A stretch of DNA of 64,000 nucleotides from an uncultured Planctomycetota bacterium (GTDB lineage: Bacteria; Planctomycetota; Planctomycetia; Isosphaerales; Isosphaeraceae): positions 864,001 to 928,000 of the forward strand of contig CAWGMQ010000004.1 of assembly GCA_963823665.1 (NCBI GenBank). The letters are read 5' to 3'. Position numbers and translations under genes: made by a program. Positions 23,601 to 35,488 of this stretch are shown here, in pieces. Under the pieces are notes generated by a model. It saw nothing but the letters and a program-made list of their open reading frames with translations, searched no databases and was not told the DNA's origin. Each line of letters starts with the position of its first letter. Positions within the stretch are counted from its first letter, which is position 1.

Positions 23601-26600
23601 ATCGCCCTCACAAACGGCAATTACGTCGTGGACAGCTACCAATGGAAAGCAGCCGCCGGAGCCTCGGAGGCGGGTGCAGTAACGTGGGGTAGCGGGACGA
23701 TGGGCGTTAGCGGCACCATCTCCGCGACGAACAGTCTCGTCGGCAATAGCGGTGACGAGGTTGGCGGCTGGGACAACGCCAGTCCATTTACCGGCCTCGT
23801 CGCCCTCTCCAATGGCAACTACGTCGTGGCCAGCCCAAACTGGAATGGCAACCTTGGCGCGGTGACATGGGGGAATGGAACCACGGGAACCACCGGCGTC
23901 GTCTCCGCCGCCAACTGCCTCATCGGCAGCAACCAAGGCGACTCTGTAGGCGCCGGCACGCCTTACAATTCGCCCACCAATTTTTTCACCGTCGGCGTCA
24001 TCGCCCTGTCCAATGGGAACTATGTCGTCGACAGCCCGTACTGGAACAGCGATGAGGGGGCCGCGACGTGGGGGAACGGGGCGATCGGAACGATCGGTAC
24101 GGTCTCTTCCGCCAATAGCCTGGTTGGCAGCCATCCTTACAGCAACCAAACCGGATTCAGCGATTCGGTGGGCCTGCAGGGCGTCACCGCCCTGACCAAC
24201 GGCAACTACGTGGTGGACAGCTCTAACTGGTATGGCGACACCGGAGCGGTAACCTGGGGCAACGGCACAACGGGAAGTGTCGGCATTGTCTCTGCGGCCA
24301 ACAGCTTGGTCGGCAGCGACCCGTATGATCAAGTCGGAAACGACGGCGTAGACGCCGACGACGTCATTGCGCTAACGAACGGCAATTATGTTGTTGGAAG
24401 CCCGCTCTGGAATGATGATGAAGGGGCCGTGACATGGGGAAGCGGCAAGACCGGTGTCGTCGGCACCATATCCACCACCAACAGCATGGTCGGCAGCTCA
24501 CCGGAATCGTTAAACGACTCTGTCGCCGGCGACTGGCTCGGGGGTGGCCCCGATGGCTTCCGGGGGCTCACAGCCTTGCCCGACGGCAATTATGCGGTCG
24601 TCAGCCAAATCGCGCTCCAGGGCGCGGGAACTGTGACATGGGGCGATGGCACAACAGGAACTTTCGGCACTGTCTCGAGCGCAAACAGTTTCGTCGGCGC
24701 CGATTCCGAAACCAGCGAGATCGTCGTTCTTCCCAACAGTAACTACCTCTACTCGGTATCAGGCGGCGGCTCGATCAGTTGCACGTGGTTCGATGGTTCC
24801 ACCGGAAAGACCATGGATGGCCAGATTACGGCCGACCTCCAAAACACCTTCGAGGGTACCGGACTACCGTCTGACATTCAGCCAATCTCGTCCGGCAGTT
24901 CCTTCATCGCGGGCTCAACGTTCGCCTTCACTGACCCCAACGAGCTGACGTACGCGCTCGCCCAGGGCCAGACCATCACCGTGGCTCCGAGCTTCCTGAC
25001 CCGCGACCTGGACGCGGGAACAGACGTCACGATCCAGTCCAACGACGATATCACGATCGACAGCCCCATTGACGAAACATCCAGCGGCACGCCCGGCAGC
25101 CTCACGCTCGAGGCCGGCCGCAGCATTTTGATCAACGCCGGAATCAACACGGACGGCGCAAACCTGTCGCTGATCGCCAACGATTCCGTTGCCGACGGCG
25201 TCGTCAACAGCGAGCGCGACCCCGGAGACGCCGACATCACCATGGCCTCGGGGGCTACGCTCAACACCGGCTCGGGAACGCTGAATGTCGACCTCGAGCA
25301 AAGCACCGACAAGACCAACAACGATCGAGGGTCGGTCACCTTGCAGGGCGTCGACGCGAGTGCGCTCACTCTCCCGCCTGGCAGTCCACTGGCTGTTTCG
25401 ATCAATGGAACCACTCCCGGCGACGGCGTCGCGGCCGGCACCTACTTTCAGCTCGATGTCAGTGGATCCATCGACCTCAACGAGGCGCCGCTCCAGGTCA
25501 CCGCGAATACGGCCCTGGCCGCGGGTACCACGCTCACGATCGTGCAAAGCGGCAGCGGCGTGACCGGCACATTCCGAGGATTGCCGGAAGGGAGCCTGAT
25601 CGACTCGGCGAGCGGCAGCGTCTTCAGCATTTCCTACCAGGCCGACGGTGGGAACGCGGTCGTGCTGACCGCCCTCGCGACGGCGCTCACGATTCCTTCC
25701 GTCACGGGGCTGACGCCTGCGCAAGGACCAATCGCCGGGGGCACCACAGTGACGATCACCGGCACGAATCTCGCCAGCGCCTCCGCCGTGGATTTCGGCT
25801 CGGTTCAAGTGACCAGCTTCCTCAGCGACACTGCCGATGGGATTACGCTCATGAGCCCAGCGGGCTCAGGCACCATGGACGTGACGGTCGTGACGCCGAA
25901 CGGCACATCGGCCACCTCGCCGGCTGACCAGTTCAGTTACGTCGCCCCGCAGCCTCCCCCGGACGTCACGGGAATCGCGCCGGCCACGGGACCAGCGACG
26001 GGCGGCACCACTGTGACGATCAACGGCACGAATCTTGCCAGCGCCTCCGCCGTCAATTTCGGCTCGGTCCAAATGACCAGCTTCCTCAGCGACACGGCCA
26101 ATGAGATTACGCTCGTGAGCCCCGCCGGCTCAGGCACGGTGGACGTGACCGTCGTGACGCCGAACGGCACATCGGCGACGTCACCGGCTGACCAGTTCAG
26201 TTACGTCGCTGCGCCGCCTCCTCCTTCCGTGACAGGAATCGCGCCGGCGACAGGACCGGCGACCGGCGGCACCACTGTGACGATCAACGGCGCGAATCTC
26301 GCCAGCGCCTCCGCCGTCAATTTCGGCTCGGTGCAAGTGAGCAGCTTCCTCAGCGACACGGCCAATGAGATTACCCTCGTGAGCCCCGCCGGCTCAGGAC
26401 CGGTGGACGTGACCGTCGTGACGCCGAACGGCACATCGGCGACGTCACCGGCTGACCAGTTCAGTTACGTCGCTGCGCCGCTCCCTGCTTCCGTGACAGG
26501 AATCGCGCCGGCGACAGGACCGGCGACCGGCGGCACCACTGTGACGATCACCGGCACGAATCTCGCCAGCGCCTCCGCCGTCAATTTCGGCTCGGTCCAA

Positions 26601-27470
26601 TTGACCAGCTTCCTCAGCGACACGGCCAATGAGATTACCCTCGCGAGCCCCGAAGGCTCAGGCACGGTGGACGTGACCGTGGTCACGGCAGGTGGTCACT
26701 CGCCCGTCTCGCCCGACGACACGTTTAGCTATATCTCTGCGGTCGCCAGTCCGACGAGCCTCTCGGCCGTCTCTGGTAGTGGAACTTCCGGCGGCAGTGC
26801 CACGTTGACCTCCACACTGACCAAAAGCGGCTCGCCGCTCCCTGGTAGGATAGTGACTTTCTCGCTGAGCGAGGGCGGCGCGGTCAGAAACGTCGGAACG
26901 GCCATGACGGACGGGGCCGGCGTCGCCACCTTGAGCAGTGTCAGCCTGGCTGGCCTCGCCGCCGGTACTTACTCCGGTGCGGTGCTTGCCAGCTTCGCCG
27001 GAGACTCGACGGACGCGGCCAGCAGCGCGATTGGCACTCTGGTCGTCAACTCGAAGCCTCTGCTCGCCATCACCGGGGAACAACCCCTGTTTCTGCGCAA
27101 GACCGACAAGAAGGGCAAGCCGATCGGACGTTCCATTCTCAGCGGATTCGTTTTCGACTTCAGCGAGCCGCTCAATCCCACGAGCGCAGTGAACAGCGGT
27201 AATTATCAAGTGGATGCCATCATCACGAAACGGGTCAAGAAGCAAACGCGACGCGTCTTTCAGCCGCTCCGGAGCGTTGCGGTGTCCTACAGCGCCTCGG
27301 CCGATTCGATCACCTTGAAATTCACGAGGAAGCAGGCATTCCCGAAAGGCGGCGAGATCACCGTGGTCGGAGGATCAACGTCCGGAGTCACGAGCACCTC
27401 GGGCGCCACGCTTATCGGAAATCAGGTGTTTATGATCTCACCCCATGGCCACGGCATCATCGCTCAATGA
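20694..27470 (+). CDS. Giant (2258 aa) surface/adhesin-like protein with Ig-like, DUF5650-type and IPT/TIG repeats
   Basis: VELMEPRTLLA export motif; TFTATV...GTVQFTVDG Ig domains; ~10 repeats of ALTNGNYVV.S..W....GAVTWG.GTTG..G.VSAANSL; four PxTGPATGGTTVTIxGTNL domains. Confidence 0.88.
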   Translation: MTGLMNMAFIRRDSEHIRNRERPTTQKARLGRMRVPHVELMEPRTLLATLQLSGGLGEQSTLDSVAQTENEMFFLNTPNSQKDPHGDGTAVANVTLTTANSSSGNPGVLLDILSQGSVALHGIANVATSAGLADTDGQIGADLPVTIIPTTPDEQPGDRVIVALSFVYNPKTFASNNAAADFSYLASYTYKGDTTLLVSDDHQAGGPGVTPVGPGNVDHESGTFIARIGDTFTLSFSESLSGHTVAPYLGGLINNVGWVIDTNLDLSASLAPPDPTSTTVTTQPAGNADFGQNVTFTATVADTSSSPDAGTPIGTVQFTVDGTQFGTPVDLDGGTATITDANLPVGSHAISATYTPGNHNFQASSPLAPTPLVIQADSTSTIIGTQPSGEANVGQSVTFTATVANTSQSANPATPTGTVQFSVDGIPYGAPVSLVNGVATTSDAGLPLGSHSISATYIPDNTNFAASDSQPVPLVIQSLIEDSSTLSAVAANGAYGGTATLTASLTSAGLPLLGETVGFSLLVGGIITPVGKSTTNASGVATLNGVSLAGFNVGTFAHFVGASFAGDSTYSGASADGPLTVVENDFLAVTTNPTSQVASAGNPVTFAAAGSGLPTPTMQWQVSTDGGNTFSNLADATSASLTFTTTESENGYEYRAVFTNSAGTAATAPATLTVNTQPGGLVVSAANGVFPQFSLAPSPIASSADSGDFSLVLSTGNILVDELSAVCLFNGKTGALISTLTGGGNVGGGYTFTALTNGNFVVSGVGSATWGSGTTGVSGTVSAANSLVESGSTGSVAYSTAVIPLANGNYVVDFIGWHAATGAVAWGNGTAGTVGTVSAANSLVGNNFGDWVGGSGGSVGGVTALADGNYVVASPFWNNNEGAVTWGNGTTGVAGTITAANSLIGCGDQSGELTVTSLTNGNYVVSNSQWNGGEGEVTWGSGATGVDGTVSAANSLVGSLVGDGVGEDIIALTNGNYVVDSYQWKAAAGASEAGAVTWGSGTMGVSGTISATNSLVGNSGDEVGGWDNASPFTGLVALSNGNYVVASPNWNGNLGAVTWGNGTTGTTGVVSAANCLIGSNQGDSVGAGTPYNSPTNFFTVGVIALSNGNYVVDSPYWNSDEGAATWGNGAIGTIGTVSSANSLVGSHPYSNQTGFSDSVGLQGVTALTNGNYVVDSSNWYGDTGAVTWGNGTTGSVGIVSAANSLVGSDPYDQVGNDGVDADDVIALTNGNYVVGSPLWNDDEGAVTWGSGKTGVVGTISTTNSMVGSSPESLNDSVAGDWLGGGPDGFRGLTALPDGNYAVVSQIALQGAGTVTWGDGTTGTFGTVSSANSFVGADSETSEIVVLPNSNYLYSVSGGGSISCTWFDGSTGKTMDGQITADLQNTFEGTGLPSDIQPISSGSSFIAGSTFAFTDPNELTYALAQGQTITVAPSFLTRDLDAGTDVTIQSNDDITIDSPIDETSSGTPGSLTLEAGRSILINAGINTDGANLSLIANDSVADGVVNSERDPGDADITMASGATLNTGSGTLNVDLEQSTDKTNNDRGSVTLQGVDASALTLPPGSPLAVSINGTTPGDGVAAGTYFQLDVSGSIDLNEAPLQVTANTALAAGTTLTIVQSGSGVTGTFRGLPEGSLIDSASGSVFSISYQADGGNAVVLTALATALTIPSVTGLTPAQGPIAGGTTVTITGTNLASASAVDFGSVQVTSFLSDTADGITLMSPAGSGTMDVTVVTPNGTSATSPADQFSYVAPQPPPDVTGIAPATGPATGGTTVTINGTNLASASAVNFGSVQMTSFLSDTANEITLVSPAGSGTVDVTVVTPNGTSATSPADQFSYVAAPPPPSVTGIAPATGPATGGTTVTINGANLASASAVNFGSVQVSSFLSDTANEITLVSPAGSGPVDVTVVTPNGTSATSPADQFSYVAAPLPASVTGIAPATGPATGGTTVTITGTNLASASAVNFGSVQLTSFLSDTANEITLASPEGSGTVDVTVVTAGGHSPVSPDDTFSYISAVASPTSLSAVSGSGTSGGSATLTSTLTKSGSPLPGRIVTFSLSEGGAVRNVGTAMTDGAGVATLSSVSLAGLAAGTYSGAVLASFAGDSTDAASSAIGTLVVNSKPLLAITGEQPLFLRKTDKKGKPIGRSILSGFVFDFSEPLNPTSAVNSGNYQVDAIITKRVKKQTRRVFQPLRSVAVSYSASADSITLKFTRKQAFPKGGEITVVGGSTSGVTSTSGATLIGNQVFMISPHGHGIIAQ
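25700..26725 (+). repeat. Four tandem 264-bp intragenic repeats (IPT/TIG domains)
   Basis: GGCGGCACCACTGTGACGATC recurs at 26001, 26265 and 26529, with a variant at ~25737. Confidence 0.9.
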
Positions 27471-27649
27471 GCCCGACCCGGCGCCAAAGTCGGCGCCTGT
27501 CTGGCCGCTGGCGGTCAACACCGAGCATCTGGGCGAAGTGCTGGAGTCGATCGAGCGCGCGGGTCAGATCAGCCATGCGCCAAAACCTTGGCAACGCTGC
27601 CGCTGACCGATGGAGGCAGGACTGTTCCGTTCCCCATCATGAAGGGGAA

Positions 27650-28225
27650 CGTCGCCTGGACGATCGCGCTTGTTTTACTCTTGTTCCTTTCCCGACGATC
27701 TCGCCCGAGCCTAAAGAGTTTGCTAGAGCGGCCGGGAGCAACCGCCTGCGGTGCAGCAGCCTTGGCCGTGGCCATCGAGACGGTCAACGTGATAACACCT
27801 GCCGTTGCTCTCATGGCCAACATCGGCACGGTTTTGCCCTCGGCAGTCATGGCACGATTTCTGGTCATGGCAGTTACACCATATCTAGGAGTCAATTTGG
27901 GCATGCCCGGCCTCGCGGTGACAGTAGCGTGGGCGGGTTCGGCATTGAATGGCCGGTGGCAGCCTGAGCCGAACTGGCTCGACCGAGCGGGACGCTTGTT
28001 GGGCTTGGCCTGGGTCGTTTTGATGGTATTTCAACCCTGGCTCATATCAATTGTCAGGGGTGAGTTGTCGTGAAACGACACCCTATCTCCAAGAGGGATG
28101 GCCGACAGCGGAGATTGCTCGCCTTTTTCACCTGAGTTCCAGCCAAGTCGATGCGGCGATCCGTTATATCGACGATCACAAGAAAAAGGTCATCGAGGAT
28201 TACCAGCGAATCCTCGAACGATGCG
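27650..28225 (+). repeat. Long direct repeat, copy B; 5'-truncated copy of the membrane-protein gene
   Basis: Matches 14872-15447; reading frame intact to the stop at 28073 but lacks the first ~68 codons. Confidence 0.93.
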
Positions 28226-28470
28226 CTCGAGGCAACCCCCCCTGAGCTCCAAGCGAAGCTGGATGCCGGGCACGAACATTTTCTGGCGATGGCTCGGGAA
28301 CGGCAGCAGCAAGCGACGAAGACTCAGGAGGAACGGGATGCGGGCGATTCTCGCGGACATTAATGTAGAAGGGATCTTGACAAATCTACATTTCATTTGG
28401 CTTTCCGAATCCTGGCGAGAGTTGTGGTTCAGCCTTGACCTCTACATTGATGACTTCAAGACTCAAGGAA
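28070..28470 (+). pseudogene. Remnant DUF433-like antitoxin (headless) plus truncated PIN/DUF5615-like toxin
   Basis: PYLQEGWPTAEIARLFHLSSSQVDAAIRYIDDHK with an extra C in the run at ~28240; overlapping start MRAILADINVEG...WRELW that loses similarity at ~28465. Confidence 0.6.
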
Positions 28471-28503
28471 GCCATCGTCGGCCTTCAGCCTCCCATCGCC
28501 GGG

Positions 28504-28860
28504 TCATCCAATGCCCAGCGCTGCCTTCAGACACTCATCCAATTCAGCGAGCATTTTTGCTGACAGGTTGCCGACCTTTTCCGTGAGCCGGTCCTCGGTC
28601 ATCAGTGACAGCAAGGTGCAGCAGATCAGACAGTCCCGATCCAGGCCCGCGGCTTTGCCCTCCGGCGCGGCGGCTTCCACGAACAAACAGGCCGGGTCGT
28701 CTTTCTCGTCCAGGTTGGTTGTTACCTGCGCCACCACTGCGTGGTGCAGGCGCTGATTGTAAGCGTCGGCCTGTACCACGACGACGGGGCGCTTTTTACC
28801 GCGGCCGCCGGAAGCATGTGGGAAGCGGGCCTTCAGAACATCGCCGCGCTAAAGGTTCAT
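28504..28860 (-). pseudogene. mazF: PemK/MazF-family toxin with a nonsense codon at position 4
   Basis: ATG AAC CTT TAG CGC GGC GAT: MNL*RGDVLKARFPHASGGRGKKRPVVVVQAD...VAQVTT...ELDECLKAALG; TAG at 28849-28851. Confidence 0.85.
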
Positions 28861-29075
28861 CAGTCGTCCGGTTCGTCAAAACCATCTCCGGCCAGCAGGT
28901 CCGCTGTTTCCGACGCCACCAAGTCCATTTCTTCCTTCGTCCATGGACCATAATCGAGCCTTTCGCCGTGCTCGTAGATATCCTTGCGAAGCACGATGCA
29001 CTCCGCGCTGCCGACGGTCACTGCCACCGCTTGACCGTTTTGAATGGCCCGTTCCTGTTCAGCAGTTAGCTCCAT
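28860..29075 (-). CDS. Putative antitoxin (small acidic protein) coupled to mazF
   Basis: 71 aa; its TGA overlaps the toxin ATG; extended -10 TGATAGAAT at 29134-29142 on the minus strand. Confidence 0.7.
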   Translation of the reverse strand: MELTAEQERAIQNGQAVAVTVGSAECIVLRKDIYEHGERLDYGPWTKEEMDLVASETADLLAGDGFDEPDD

Positions 29076-29307
29076 GAGCCGTTCCTTCTTCGCACGCGAT
29101 AGGTATTTCTGCTCGTACTCTGCTTCGGACTCTATTCTATCACAGCTAGCCGTCGAACCGATCCCTAGCACTTCGAGCAAGCTTATTTACGATCGACGGC
29201 CACTAGTCGTTGATGGGTTCGACAAATGCCCGCCAAAATAGACCGGTTGCCGTCGACAGCCGAGGGCCCATCGATATAATCACGACCGCATTTTCCAGGG
29301 AGGGAGC

Positions 29308-29619
29308 ATGCCCCGTCGACGCACCGTCCCGGCCGTCCGCAACCGCCGCGAGGAGATCGGCAAGCGTCTCCGCCGCATCCGGGAGGAGATCGCGCCCGGC
29401 GGAACCTGGGGGCGCCGGCGAGAGGTCGAAGCGTGGCTGGGCGTGCGACTGTCCACCTGGTACGGATATGAGCGCGGCAAGACTATCCCGGGCGAGATCC
29501 TCCTGCGCCTGATTGTGGAACTGGGGATCTCGCCCAGTTGGCTCCTCACCGGGCAGGGCACGATCTGGCCCTGTGAACGATCAAGAACGGAGGACGACGA
29601 CGCAGAAGAAAAGACCTGA
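29308..29619 (+). CDS. XRE-family HTH regulator, copy 1
   Basis: IGKRLRRIREE...LGVRLSTWYGYERGKTIP...ISPSWLLTGQG; GGAGGGAG RBS. Confidence 0.8.
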   Translation: MPRRRTVPAVRNRREEIGKRLRRIREEIAPGGTWGRRREVEAWLGVRLSTWYGYERGKTIPGEILLRLIVELGISPSWLLTGQGTIWPCERSRTEDDDAEEKT

Positions 29620-29780
29620 TGCGCACAAAACAACCACTCCGCGACAAGCGCCGCGTCCAAAGCCGCGGCCAAGCCGTAGTCGTTGATGAGTTCGACGAGC
29701 GGCCGCCAAAAAAGACCGATTGGTGTCGACAGCCGAGGGCCGATCGATAGAATCACCACCGCATTTTCCAGGGAGGGAGC

Positions 29781-30062
29781 ATGCCCGGTCAACGCACCGC
29801 CCCGGCCGTCCTCAAGCGCCGCAAGGAGATCGGCAAGCGTCTCCGCCGCATCCGCAAAGGGATCGCGCCCGGCGGAACCTGGGAGCGCCCGCTGAAGGTC
29901 GAAGCGTGGCTGGGCGTGCGATTGGAAACCTGGTACGAATATGAGCTCGGCAAGGCAGCAATCCCGGGCGACATCGTCCTGCGCCTGATCGTGGAACTGG
30001 GGATCTCGCCCCGTTGGCTCCTCACCGGCCAGGGCACGATCCGGCCGGACGGGGACAACTGA
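29781..30062 (+). CDS. XRE-family HTH regulator, copy 2 (tandem paralogue)
   Basis: Near-identical to copy 1, including the ~105-bp upstream region. Confidence 0.8.
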   Translation: MPGQRTAPAVLKRRKEIGKRLRRIRKGIAPGGTWERPLKVEAWLGVRLETWYEYELGKAAIPGDIVLRLIVELGISPRWLLTGQGTIRPDGDN

Positions 30063-30499
30063 GCACAGCAGCTCGCGCGATGACGCGCCGTCTGCCGCAT
30101 GACCGAGCTTTGCTCACGGAGCCCGGCGCGGATGCCTCGGAGATGGGAGATGATAGATCGCGCCGAGGAAGCCCAGGGCGGTCAGATGCACTTCAGCACC
30201 CCTTCCGAAAAGTAATGCTCCCGGCTGATCGCGGAACGAGGGCGTGGCCCGCAGGCAAGCCGCTCTGATGCCGAGAGAGCTGCTCGTTCGCGCGCGACGG
30301 TCTGATCGCCCGACGCAACCTCAGATCGGCTTCGGTGTCGTCGGACCGACGCGCGCAAGATCATTGTTGCCCTCTCAAGCTCTCGGACACGATACACATC
30401 CTTAGACGCTGAGCCGCGTTTGCTTCGGTCCGGCTGGAAACGATCCACGGCAGGATCTTGCCCGGGTCAGAAGACCCCGGACCGCGGCTCACCGCCCGT

Positions 30500-34204
<3,705 letters not shown>

Positions 34205-34995
34205 TACTTTTGTTTCCCGAACGCCCGGCGGGGCCCGCGGGCGACCGGACTCCGATGACGGTGTCCTTACGCCGGGCCATGAACCGGATCGATATGATTA
34301 TCGCATGGTCGCTCGTCGAATGCATCCGCGCCCCGGCCGATCGGGCCTCCGTCCGGCCCCCTGGTTCCCACCGAGGATGCAAGATTCTCTAGAATCGCGT
34401 ACACATGAAAAAACGACCGCTAGAGGCCGTTGGTTCTTGTCCGTTTTCTATCGAAACCCCAAGCGGCCCCCGAGCCTCGCAGAGTCCCTTTGCGACGCAG
34501 GGTCGGAGGAATTCGATCAGGACCAATCCGAAAGCGGAAGGGGGTTCAGGGGCCAGAATGGCAAAAACATCCACCTGCCTGTTCCAGCAAAAGCGCGTTA
34601 GTCAACTCATACAACTCGGCCAGCCTGCGGACCAAGAGGGGAGACGGTTCTCCCGCCGGAGTGTTGCGCGCGTCGGTCTGGTCGACCGAACCCATTCTCA
34701 CCGATCGGAAGTCGGGATCAACCGGAACCCGCGTTGCTCACTGGTCTGACCCCCACGCCATGCAACCGTGATCGACGCAGGAGAATCCTCGATGATCGGG
34801 CGATGTCTTCGACAGCGCTTGAGTCGTGCCGTCCGCTGAGGGCCGGCCGTGGCGCCGAGATCGCTCGAGAGTCCGCGTAGCCAGCGCTGGCCCTGCGGTA
34901 GTCGGCCAGCGCGCTGAGGGAAAAGGCCTTCTCGCCACGATTGCCGAAGGAACCCGACAACGTGCATAATCGTTTCAGGCGGGGCGTACAGGCCG

Positions 34996-35445
34996 ATGCC
35001 GGGGAGCAGCCTCTTGCGTGAATCAAATGTGGCCATCGGCTCGATCCGTGACTGCCGCGGGGAGGAAGCGGAGGCCGTACTCCAACTGTGGCGCCAAGCC
35101 GAGGCCGTACCCACCGCCACCGACAACGTCGACGACCTGCGCCGGGCCATCGATAGCGGCGCTCAGGTCTTGGTTGCCGAGGTCGACGGGCGTCTCGTCG
35201 GCTCGATCATCGGCACGTTCGACGGTTGGCGCGGCAACATCTACCGCCTCGCGGTCCACCCCCAGTTTCGGCGTCGGGGAATTGCGCGAGCCCTGGTGGT
35301 CGAGGTGGAAAAGCGGCTGTCACAGCAGGGGGCCAAACGTGTCAACGCGCTGGTAAGGAAGGATCACTCTTGGGCGGCCGGCTTCTGGCAGGCAGTGGCG
35401 TACGATCAGGATCTCCGAATCGTCCGGCACGTTCGAAACCTGTAA
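34996..35445 (+). CDS. GNAT N-acetyltransferase (start possibly GTG 35029)
   Basis: GTFDGWRGNIYRLAVHPQFRRRGIA acetyl-CoA-binding motif A. Confidence 0.88.
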   Translation: MPGSSLLRESNVAIGSIRDCRGEEAEAVLQLWRQAEAVPTATDNVDDLRRAIDSGAQVLVAEVDGRLVGSIIGTFDGWRGNIYRLAVHPQFRRRGIARALVVEVEKRLSQQGAKRVNALVRKDHSWAAGFWQAVAYDQDLRIVRHVRNL

Positions 35446-35488
35446 ACCCCTGCTTGCTGTTGCTGGACCCAGAAAAGGTTCCAGCCAC

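Noticed and set aside
14872..28225. Diversity-generating retroelement template/variable repeat pair
   Set aside because: No reverse transcriptase in the window; mismatches are not adenine-specific and the repeat is much longer than a typical TR/VR
34205..34995. Short overlapping ORFs upstream of the TPR kinase
   Set aside because: No convincing motifs or RBS; probably intergenic or decayed sequence
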